Shown piece by piece: positions 13,142 to 25,400 of a stretch of DNA of 64,000 nt. The DNA comes from Lingula anatina. Its lineage: Eukaryota > Animalia > Brachiopoda. Made by a program: the position numbers and the translations under genes. Every line of letters starts with the position of its first letter. Within the stretch, counting starts at the first letter, position 1. The notes under the pieces were generated by a model. The model saw only the letters and a list, made by a program, of their open reading frames with translations, did no database searches and was not told where the DNA came from. The DNA lies in assembly GCA_051362555.1 (NCBI GenBank), contig CM120644.1, positions 20,854,534 through 20,918,533 of the forward strand, written 5' to 3'.

Positions 13142-16100
13142 GGATAATATCTATAATATCTAGAGAAATTTATCATGATGAAAAGTATTTAATCATTTCT
13201 TGCTAAATTGACCTCCTTTGATACAAAATTGGTTCGAGTTAATATGTCATTCTACACCTGCCTTGATGCAGTTAATTTGAGTATGAAACAACAAAGATCT
13301 TTGATTGAAACCTTTGATTTTTAGGTGTCCTAATTGAGGAGCTGAGAAATGAGAGTTATGAATGCATGGTTTGCTGCAGTGCTATAAGGTGTGAGGCTGC
13401 GGTCTGGAGCTGCAGCAGTTGTTTCCATATTTTCCATCTGTACTGTATCAAGAAATGGGCCAGGACTGTTCATTTGGAAGGAGAGGGTGAGTGGTATGGC
13501 AGAGCAGAAACAGCTGTGTCAAGAGTGAATATGATGTGAGGATTGTAGTTTCTAGAAATAACTTGAGTCACTTATCCTAATTTATAATTTAGCTGAAAGT
13601 TGCTACTTAAAAAAATGATACTTGTTATTGCAATACAGGATTTGTATTTTAAAAACAGCTGATGCAAATGCAAGAGTCATTCTTTGATTGTGTTAGAGAC
13701 TACAGTCCACCAAGGAACTGTGAGCAGAAGTCTCATGAAGGGAAGATATATTTTTGTTCATGAAAACTTTTCCAGTGGATGAGACTGGCTGGCGTTGCCC
13801 AGCATGTCAAAACGTGACTTTCAAGCTCCCCAACCAGTACCGTTGTTTTTGTGGGCGTGTGCGTGACCCGGACTGGACTGGCTACGACACTCCGCATAGC
13901 TGTGGAGAGGTGTGTGGCAAGAAGAGAGGAAGTGCCTGCACACACCCATGTAATATGTAAGACTAACTTTCCATTACTTTAATACAAGTATATGTTTAAT
14001 GGACAGACACTTAGTGTCTGGGTACATTGTCATTACCTGCTGTGCTGAGTTTGTTAATGTGCTTGATGACATATGTTAAATTAAAACAGGCTCTAATTCA
14101 TCTGACTTCAGAGGATCTTGGTCCGAGTCACAATTCCTGATTTCAATTGTACCATGAGAAAGACATTGAAATGCAAACTTTATCATAGGTCTGCTTCAAA
14201 TTTATATTGAAACTGGATATGACCAAATCAAAACGAAATTTAAGATGAAAATCATTATGAAAGACAAATACTAGTGTGTTGGCATGTTGGCAACTACTTA
14301 AACAGTACTTTTGATCATCTACCAATTTCGTATGTACAAATTTAAAGAATTTTTGCCTCCATCTTTGCTTCACTGCTGCTGTCCACATAACTGGGTGATT
14401 TCCTGGAATTTTTACATAAACATCGTAAAAAGCCATCACCTGCTGTACAGCCATTTGTTGTCTGTGTTGTCTTTGCCATGCTTTTTTTCGCTATGAAAGT
14501 CACTTATGAAAAAACTATGATGTATTAAACTTACTGGGGTGATTTATGGCACTGGTTCAAGTATCAGCTTCATTAGATAATTTTTCTAGAAGAAATGCAT
14601 TATTTTGTGAAATTTTCCATTTTCTCAAGGTGGCATTTTCAAATATGAAATATTATTTTTTGTGAAATTTTTATATTTCTCATATTGGCATCTTCAGTGT
14701 GTGATTTTGAAATCCCAAAGTGACAAAAACCCTATGCTAGTTATGTTTTCTGAATGTTCATGTTATTTCTAGTACATAATTAAATAATTGGTGGCGATGA
14801 TGTTAAACGTTATGTAACATTGCATCAAAAATGATCAAGGCCATAATTATTTTCTGCACAGTGTTGGTTTTCTTTGATATTTCAGCTTATGCCACCCAGG
14901 TCCATGTCCTCCCTGTCAGACAGTGGTCAGCAGGCCGTGTCACTGTGGGAAGACCAGGTCAGTGTTTACAGCACTTGTCTTTTATTTCCTTCGTGGTAAC
15001 CAGGCCTGTTATGGACGCTTTTTTTTATGTACAGACACAGATGTGTCTGTACATATAGCCATCATCTGCGTCTGTCGTCGCCGTCGTCGCCGTCGCCGTG
15101 CACTTTTACCGATAACACGATAAGTGGAAAACCATTTTGCCTTTTGATTTGAAACTTGCAGAACTGATGAATATTCAGAATATGCAGGTCAAGTTCGAAA
15201 ATAAGCATGATCGGGTCACTCTTAGGGAATTTATGCTGTTTTTTCACTTTTTTCAACATATATGCAGCACCGATAACACGATAAGTGGAAAACCATTGTA
15301 CCTTTTGACTTGAAACTTACAGAACTGATGAATATTCATAATATGCAGGTCAAGTTCGAAAATCGGCATGATTGGGCCATTTTTAGGGAATTTATGCTGT
15401 TTTTTCACTTTTTCAGCATATATGCAGCACCGATAACACAGTAAGTGGAAAACCATTTTACCTTTTGGCTTGAAACTTACAGAACTGATGAAAATTCTTA
15501 ATACGCAGGTCAAGTTCGAAAATCAGCATGATTGGGCCATTTTTAGGGAATTAATGCTGTTTTTTCACTTTTCAATATAAATGCAACACTGATAACACAA
15601 TATAAGAAAAACGGATTGGCCAATTGGCATTATATTCACAGGAGTGGTCAATCTTACTAAAACGCAGGTTGAGTTCGAAAATCAGCATAATCAGTCCCAT
15701 TATTTTAGAAGTTATACTGTTTTTTCACATTTCCTCAGATTCAATTATTAGGCATGTTAACAGTCTCATTATTGAACTAATTAGATGCGTAAAAGTGTTT
15801 GTTTGATATTTCCTGCATCTTTACAACATTGTTAGTTGATTATGTAAAAAAACATGGTAAACTTTTTATCATGTATTGTGTAATAAAGTGTCAAAATGGA
15901 AATAAACTCATATCATTGCAGTTTGTCAGATTCAATCATCCACTATGTTCAGAATCTCAGAATGGAGGAAATTGGACATTTAACACTGTTCTATTGATAC
16001 TTTTCCCATCTCATCAATTTTCTTAGTTGGTCATATAAAAATGGCAGTAAAATGTTTATTTTGTTTTATGTTAAAAAAGTGTTAAAAATGGAAATAAACC

Positions 16101-16675
16101 CATTTCAGGACAGTGCTGTCTTGTTTACATTTTGGCATTTTCAAGATGTGACTTTGAAGTTCCATGGGCCTGAAGACCTTTGCTTGTCATGTTTTCTGAA
16201 TGTCCATGTTACTAATATTTTATTAATAACATTTGATGGTTATTATGCTGTTAAACATTATGTAACGTTGCATCAAAATTTGAAGAAACCCCTATTTAGG
16301 GCACTGCTCCTATGATGACCATTTAAGGGAAAACATGTAACTTGCTGTTCTCAAACTTACAAGAAAGAAACATGGGTCTAACATACAGCCTCAGTAGGCA
16401 ATGCAGTCTGTTTGGTAAATTTCTCTGGCAGTTTTTTGTGAAAATTTAATTTTTCACTTATTGGCAATTTCAAGGTGCAACTTAGAACCTCCACAGGCTT
16501 GAGGACCCATACTAGTCACATTTTCTGAAAATCCATGACATGTATATTTTATTATAAAAAAATTGATGGTCATTTTGCTGTTAAGCATTATGTAATGTTG
16601 CATCAAAATAGAAGAAAACACAATTTTTGGTGCTGCTGCCATGATGACCATTATGGGAAAACCGTGTTACTTATG

Positions 16676-16762
<87 letters not shown>

Positions 16763-19360
16763 AACTCAAAGATTAAAAGTTTGAATAGCAGCTTCTTTGG
16801 AATTATATTTACCTCTGCCAAGGAGGTTATATTTTCACCCCTGTTTGTCTGTCATCAACATAACTCAAAAAGTTATGTACCGATTTTGCTGAAATTTTCA
16901 GGAACTGTCAGAAGTGGGCCGAAGAGGACAATAATAATAATCAACAATTGCTGCCTTGTAGCTTTAAACCTACAGAACTGATAAATATTCATAATATGCA
17001 GGTAAAGTTCAAAAATCAGCATGATCGGGCCATTTTTAGGGAAGTTATGCTGTTTTTTCACTTTTTTCAGCATATATGCAGCACCGATAACACGATAAGT
17101 GGAAAACCATTTTACTTTTTGGCTTGAAACTTACAGAACTGATGAATATACTTAATACGCAGGTCAAGTTCGAAAATCAGCGTGATTGGGTCATTTTTAG
17201 TGAATTTTTTCTATTTTTTCAGCATATATGCAGCACCGATAACACGATAAGTGGAAAACCATTTTACCTTTTGGCTTGAAACTTACAGAACTGATAAATA
17301 TTCATAATACGCAGGTCAAGTTCGAAAATCAGCACGATTGGGTCACTTATAGGGAATTTATGCTGTTTTTTCACTTTTTTCAGTATATATGCAACACTTA
17401 TAACACAATATAAGAAAAACAGATTGGCCAATTGTCATTATACTCACAGGAGGGGCCAATCTTACTAAAACGCAGGTTGAGTTTGAAAATCAGCATAATC
17501 AGTCCATTATTTTAGAAGTTATGCTGTTTTTTCACATTTCCTCACATTCAATTCTTAGGCATGTTAACAGTCTCATTATTGAACTAATAAGATACGTAAA
17601 AGTGTTTGTTTGACATTTCCTGCATCTTTACAACATTGTTAGTTGATTTTGTAAAAATGATGGTAAACTTGTTATCATGTATTGTGTAATAAAGTGTCAA
17701 AAATGGAAATAAACTCATATCATTGCAGTTTGTCAGATGCATTCATCCACTATGTTCAGAATCTCAGAATGGAGGAAGTTGGACATTTAACACTGTTCTA
17801 TTGATACTTTTCCCATCTCATCAATTTTCTTCATTGGTCATATAAAAATGGCAGTAAACTGTTTATTTTGTTTTCTGTTAAAAAAGTGTTAAAAATGGAA
17901 ATAAACCCATTTCAGAACAGTGCTGTCTTGTTTACATTTTGGCATTTTCAATATGTGACTTTGAAGTTCCATGGGCCTGAAGACTTTTGCTAGTTACATT
18001 TTCTGAATAACCATGATACTAATATTTTATAATTAAAAATTGATGGTCATTATGCTGTAAAACATTATGTAATATTGCATCAAAATTTGAAGAAACCCCT
18101 ATTTTGGGCAGTGCTCCCATGATGACCATTTAAGGAAAATCATGTCACTTACTGTTCTCAAACTTACAGGAAAGAAACATGGGACTAAAATACAGTTTCA
18201 GTAGGCAATGCAGTCTGTTTGGTAAATTTTTCTGGCAATTAAACAGTTTTTTGTGAAAATTTAATTTTTCACATATTGGCATTTCCAAGGTGTGACTTAG
18301 AACCTCCACGGGCTTGAAGACCCATGCTAGTCACATTTTGTGAAAATCCATGACACTTATATTTTATTATTAAAAATCAATGGTCAGTATGCTGTTAAGC
18401 ATTATGTAATGTTGCATCAAAATAGAAGAAAACACAATTTTTGGTGCTGCTGCCTTGATGACCATTATGGGAAAACTGTGTTACTTATGACTGTCAAACT
18501 TTCAAAAAAGAAACACAGGACTAAAATGCAGCCTGAGTTAGAAAAGCAGTCTAATTGGCTTCTTTTTCTGGAAGTTATACATTTTAGTGTAATATTCATT
18601 ATCTTTTTGGCATATTCATTGTGGGACTCGGAGCTCCCATGGACATGAAGCCAAATGGTAATCATATTTTCTACATGTCCATCCTATTTATAGTCAATAA
18701 ACAAAAATTGGTGATAATTATTCTCTAATTTATTATGTAATGTTACATCAAAATTGACAACAATCTTTTTGCACTGCTACTGCAAACATTATGAAAAGAA
18801 AACTGTGCTACTTATTATAATTTTAAACTTACAAGTACGATTTTTAGGATTGGCCTTCAGCTCATGAGAAAACCAGCTCTATTGGATTATCATGTTTATT
18901 GTATTTATGCATTTTTTGTGAAATTTTCATTTTTCTCATTCTGGCACTTTTTAAGTATAAACTTGAACTCTGGTGGGCCTGGAGCCTTATGCTTTTACTT
19001 TCGTCTGTGTTACCTGTTGTGCATAAGTTGATGTTGACTGTGCAGTTAAACATAATGTATTATTGCATCAGGATTGGTAGTCTCCTATTTTGGGCATTAT
19101 GGTTTTGTGCTTTTCTTAAGGTGTGACTTATGGGCCTGAAGACCTTTGAGTGGGTCAGTCTGTAAATTACCCTTGGGTATCACTAGATTAATTTCAGAGT
19201 TATAAAGTCATTTGCTTTAATAGGCCATTAAATGAGATTACGTAAAGCACACTTGTTGATATTTCCCTGTAAACTCCCAAAGGTAAAGCTCTCTGCTAGA
19301 TTAATAATAAGGAAGCAGTGATAATTATGCAGGTAAATTTTGTTTAATATTGCAAATAAG

Positions 19361-19410
<50 letters not shown>

Positions 19411-22400
19411 GGCTCGACATTAGCGCCTGTCCGCCTGTCCGGGACAGGTAAAAATTCAGTTCGGACAGGTGAAGTTGCAGGGTTGGCTGTCCGACGGACA
19501 GGTCATGTTTTATGAGAAATTTGGAGCAAAAATCTTTAAAAAATCATTTTTTGTTGCATACTAACGTCTTTTTGCCTCTTCCTAGACGACATTGAAAAGA
19601 GTGACCTACTTTTGGCACAAAACACATGCAGTCGCAAAACGAAGTCTGAGCAAACTTACCGCCAAATTATAAAAATGAACACCTTCCAGAACTTCATCAG
19701 ACAAAATTTATTCACATATCAGGTTCACTACTTAACATTTATTTAGTTAAAAATCTACGTGCTCTAGTAATAAAGACACTTCCTAAAACAGAAACTACAC
19801 AAGTACTGTGCTGGAGCCAGATTGGACTGGATGAACTGGCTATATCTAGTTCGTTGTCAAGGCAACATACTGCCTGTCAATCAAACACGTATGCTATCTA
19901 CTCACTATAGAAAGTGAAATCTTTGGGACTGAAGATCTTGTTGAAATGTTGTTTATTTGCCAAAATATAACCTGAAATTTTGTATGATGTTTTCTTTAAT
20001 GACTCTAGCATCACCTCTGTTATTTTCAGTTTAAAATTTAGTGCTGGAATATGATAAATTAACATTGCTCTCATATACCAGTGTGATATTGATGTAAGGA
20101 AGAAATTAGTAATAACAGATATGAGAATTTAAATAAAAAGAAGGGGAACTTTTTTATACTGATTTTATTTAATTCATATATTTTTAAAAAACCAAACATG
20201 TGATAACCCCTTAAGAAGTTAAATTGTTAACATAAATATAAGTAAAGTATTATAAAATGAATATTCTTTGATTTTCATTGAAATTGAACTTTATTCAAAT
20301 ATTATAAATTTTGAATATTTTAATAAAATTAATTTAACAGTACCCCCTCCCCACTTCCAGCTCAGGTTTTTTTTTTCTTTTTCTTTTTTTAGCTTTGGTT
20401 AAACTTCATGTGAATCTGTTATCAAATTGCAGACTTACAATTAGTAGACCCTGTACCCCAAATCCTAGGAGAAGCCCTGATGTTAAATATCAGACTTAAA
20501 TGCAAGATTAAATCTTCAGGAGTTCACAAGTATGAAAAAACAACTTTTTATCTGAACATAAATTCACTTTAAGGTGCATTTTCGGGGCTCATATGATTGA
20601 ATGTTTGGGTAATATATACATTAATTTAAATGTATGACTTCACATATTAATTGACAAAGTTTAAAGGTATGAATAGGAAAAAATTATTGGTTTTGTGGAC
20701 AGGTTGGATTGAAAATCGGACAGGTCAAATTTATGAGCACCTGTCCGAAGGTCGAAGTTTAGTGTCTAGCCCTGATATATATATGTATGTATGCATATAT
20801 ATATATATATATCAAACTGGAAGATTAAAAGTTTGAATAGCATCTTCATTGGAATTATATTTACCTCAAGCTCTGCCAAGGGGGTTATATTTTCACCCCT
20901 GTTTGTCTGTCATCCACATAACACAAAAAGTTATGGACCAATTTTGCAGAAATTTTCAGGAACTGTCGGAAGTGGGCCAAAGAGGACAATGATTAATTTT
21001 TGGTGGTGGTCTGGATCAATAAACAATCAAATATCAATAATAATCAACAATTGCTGCCTTGGCAGAGGTCTGCACTCTCAAAGTGCTTTTCTAGTTTTGT
21101 TGTTTTCCTTTATAATTTTTTCTCAAACACTTGCATTTGTGACTTTTAACTCTCATCTGCCTGGGGCTCTGCACATTTTCTGTATTTCTACATAAGCAGT
21201 TGTATTGTTTTTTATGTCTTTAAACATTATGTAATATTATTTTATGCACTGTCATCATTTTTCAAATATTGAGACTTTCATAATGTGAATTTGAACTCTC
21301 ATGGTCCTGAAACTGTAATCTTATTGAAGGGGTGGATTGAGACCATCTTCTGGGTCTTCCGGAAGACAGTCAGGTTATTAAGTTAATATTGACTGGTATC
21401 TATTTTTTTCTGTTGGAAGACCATCAAAATGGAGGATGGATCAACATAGATACTTTGTAATACTGTCAGAAAATATCTCTGGGTCTGCTCCTGTTATTGA
21501 CCATGTTACCCGTTGTGCAAGATTAAAATTCAGTGTTGACTGACAGTGCTATTATAAGCATTATTTATTATTGCATCAAAATTGACAAAATGACCTTTTT
21601 TGCATCTTTATTTTCTGTTTTTTGTCTGTACATTTGTTTCAAATGGCAAAGCCAGTTCGCGAAAAAAAAAAAAAAAAACATTTTTTGTCAACAATCCATG
21701 GTCACCAAATGTCTTGAATGTCTCCATCTTGGTGCCTAATGCTTCAGCTGTAGTGTTTCATTCAAGACTAACTTCAGAGATTAAATGCAATCTTTGGGCT
21801 CTGCAGGCTGAACTTGGAGTTTGATACTGACAGTTTTGGATGAGTCCTCCAAAATTAAAATGTAGAACTCAAAAAATGACCCTATAAAACTATATTGGTT
21901 TTGGATAGGGTATACCTTGGGATTATGAGAAAATTGATGAAGTTTCCAAGAATTTTTTTCTTTTTGCTATATAAATGTCGAACACTGTGTCTTGAAAGAT
22001 TAAAAAATATCCACTTTTAATGTAAGAAAATATTTGGGATGAAAGCATCTGTATAAATCTGTATAAATATAAATTTTCTAGAGGAGGAAAGATGTAGAGT
22101 TGAGGGTACCTAGTTTGGATATGCTGCATGCAACCCCTTGCCACACATTCCAGATACACGTCATGAGGCCCATAGCTTCAACATTATGATCCATTGTTAC
22201 ATTATTGACATTTGTCATCATGTTTAGGTTCGATACTTTAGCCTATGGTAGACATGGTTCTTGTTTAATTGTGTTTTGCTGTGCCATTTGTGATAATTCA
22301 AGTACAGCTGATTCATGTGGATGTTTTTGCTGACCTAGGCCCAGTGTCAAGTGCAATGCTGCTGCAGATATCAAGTGTTCCTCTTCATGCGACAAACCTC

Positions 22401-25400
22401 TGAACTGTGGGAAACACTTCTGTCAGAAGATATGTCACTCAGGACCATGTGACCCTTGTGATGTCACACTGGAACAAGGTCAGTTTTGATTGGTTTTAGA
22501 AGGCAGTCATGTGACTTAAGGTCATGTTTCAGTCCTGCTGGCTGCTTTCTATGCACAGTTAAACATAGTTCCTGAAGGTTTGATTTTTTTCATGTGATGT
22601 CAAAACAGAAGAAGGAAAGATAGAATGTGTCACTTTTAACATCCACATTCATTTTAAGTACTTAATATCAGTTGAAACTAAATTACATATTTTTTTTCAG
22701 AATGTTGGTGTGGGCAGAGTAAGAGGAGCGTTCTGTGTGGGACTGGGGACTCCTTTGACAACTACTACCGCTGTGACAAACAATGTAACAGGTGCTGTAC
22801 ACAAAACATCTTTGTGGTCTACATTGCTGATAAAACATTGTTTGGCTAAGAAGAAATTGTAATTTTCTTATAGGTGACATATTAATGGTAACATTTAGGA
22901 AAATATTCATCAAATTGCAAACAAACACTTTTAGATGCAGTTTAAGATTAAAAACTTGTGCAGAAGATGGCATTTAACAAACAATTGATAAAATTATAAC
23001 TTTGTCTTCACTAGCCCATGGTTTGCCCATGATAAGTGTAGTTCTCATATTCATATGGGTATTCAATTGTCACAAGTGCGAGATAAAATACCAAGAACTG
23101 GTCACTGTTTGCTCAAAGGTCACTGTTCATAGACAGAAATCAGGGGTAAATAGCCTTCTGGATTCTTTGTGCTAGTGGCCATTGTGTTAAGAAAGGTGTC
23201 ATGTGACACAGTTGATTAACTTTTAGCCTCTCTGTTAAATACAATTTCAGTACGTAGAATTATTACATCTCACTCTAAGAGTAAGAACAGGTCCTGGTTT
23301 GGAGTGGATTTCCATTGTGAAGTATGTGTAAGATATGCTGTGTATTTCCAGATGGCTAACTTGTGGCAGTCACCAGTGTGGTCAGCCCTGTCACCCGGGA
23401 CCCTGCGGACAGTGTCCACTCTCTGTGGACTTAGTCACTCACTGTCCATGTGGCCAGACCCCCCTGGCTAAGCTGATAGAGAGGGACGAGGCAACAGAGA
23501 GGAAGAGGTGCACAGATGCTGTGGCATCATGTGGTGGAGTGTGTGGAAAGACACTGCACTGTGGGACTGACGGTGAGGGCAGCTGGGACTGGGAGAGGGT
23601 GATAACAGCTAGGACTGGGAGAGGGTGATAACAGCTAGGACTGGGAGAGGGTGATAACAACTAACACTGGGAGAGGGTGATAACAGCTAGGACTGGGAGA
23701 GGGTGATAACAGATGGGACTGGGAGAGGGTGATAACAGCTAGGACTGGGAGAGGGTGATAACAGATGGGACTGGGAGAGGGTGATAACAGCTGGGACTGG
23801 GAGGGGATGATAACAGCTAGGACTGGGAGGGAGGGTGATAACAGCTAGGACTGGGAGAGGGTGATAACAGCTGAATTCTCCCTGTAATGAAAATGTCATG
23901 ATCTCTGTTGTTGTCTAGCGGCACAGATGACAAGAAAGGCATCCGCCATATTGGATGCAAAGACAGACGTCAGGATATGGTAACTTAGCAACCTTTCTGT
24001 TTCGTTAATTACACATCCGTTCAATAAATTTCTAGGGTTTGCGAGTGGTCTGACCTACTCATTGGTAACAACGAGACAATAACAAACAAGAAAATAAGCC
24101 ATACCTTCATGAAATGGCATTTAAAACTAACAAGAGCCTAACAGTCGATTGGTAACTAACAAAAGCTTCTGGAAATGGGGCCCTGCTCTATTTCAGGTGA
24201 GCCTTATACCTGCCCACTTGTCTGTGGTCACTTAACCATGTGTCCTGCTCTATTTCAGGTGACCCTCATACCTGTCCACTTGTCTGTGGTCACTCTGGCC
24301 CCTGTGGTCAGTGCAGTGGCCGTAGTGAGGTGACATGTCGCTGTGGAGCCTATACCAAGGAGATGCCGTGCAGTGAGGCTGACCAGTTCACAGGTACAGT
24401 GAGTGGGTTGGTGTGCAGTGAGGCTGACCAGTTCACAGGTACAGTGAGTGGGTTGGTGTGCAGTGAGGCTGACCAGTTCACAGGTACAGTGAGTGGGTTG
24501 GTGTGCAGTGAGGCTGACCAGTTCACAGGTACAGTGAGTGGGTTGGTGTGCAGTGAGGCTGACCAGTTCACAGGTACAGTGAGTGGGTTGGTGTGTAGTG
24601 AGGCTGACCAGTTCACAGGTACAGTGAGTGGGTTGGTGTGCAGTGAGGCTGACCAGTTCACAGGTACAGTGAGTGGGTTGGTGTGCAGTGAGGCTGACCA
24701 GTTCACAGGTACAGTGAGTGGGTTGGTGTGCAGTGAGGCTGACCAGTTCACAGGTACAGTGAGTGGGTTGGTGTGCAGTGAGGCTGACCAGTTCACAGGT
24801 ACAGTGAGTGGGTTGGTGTGCAGTGAGGCTGACCAGTTCACAGGTACAGTGAGTGGGTTGGTGTGCAGTGAGGCTGACCAGTTCACAGGTACAGTGAGTG
24901 GGTTGGTGTGCAGTGAGGTTGACCAGTTCACAGGTACAGTGAGTGGGTTTGTCTTTGGCTTTCAGCGCAAGATGCAGATGTGTGCACATCTTATCAAGAA
25001 AGATTGATTTCATGCGTAAATTTCTGAACTATGTATTAACTGCTTGTAAAAGGTGTAGAATTAAATGAAAAATTCTTTAGAGGCCTCCTTAATGCCAGGC
25101 AGACAGTACACTATATTATCATGATGTAATTCAACATTTTAGAGGTCACCCCGCTGATCTGCCAGAAGAGATGTACCAAGAAACGGTCTTGTGGTCGTCA
25201 CAAGTGTAATGAAATCTGCTGCATTGTTAGTATGCATTTTCTTTTTTCTTCTTTTTTGGAGAATTAATAATTGGCATTTTAAACAATTTTGATTAAATAT
25301 TAAAAAGGTTTACCAAACACTTTAATGTTAAGTGTTATGATTCTTACAATTTGGGGATTATGCCATTTTTATACACACTGGTGGGCTAAGCATAACATTT

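Larger units (their letters stand above)
15025..21634 (+). mobile_element. Helentron/DINE-1-like non-autonomous element, family A copy 1 (composite, with nested inserts)
   Basis: 5' palindrome ATGTACAGACACA-GA-TGTGTCTGTACAT, (CGT/CGC)n microsatellite, ~161-bp tandem units, 3' subterminal TGTCTGTACAT; collinear with 26333-34108; the 3' hairpin is missing in this copy. Confidence 0.8.

Noticed and set aside
24255-25013. Long minus-strand ORFs (252 aa and 193 aa, and 176 aa at 38296-38826)
   Set aside because: By-products of stop-free 45-bp repeats antisense to NFX1. They also show that a 15-codon unit is often stop-free by chance, which weakens any selection argument from one array alone.
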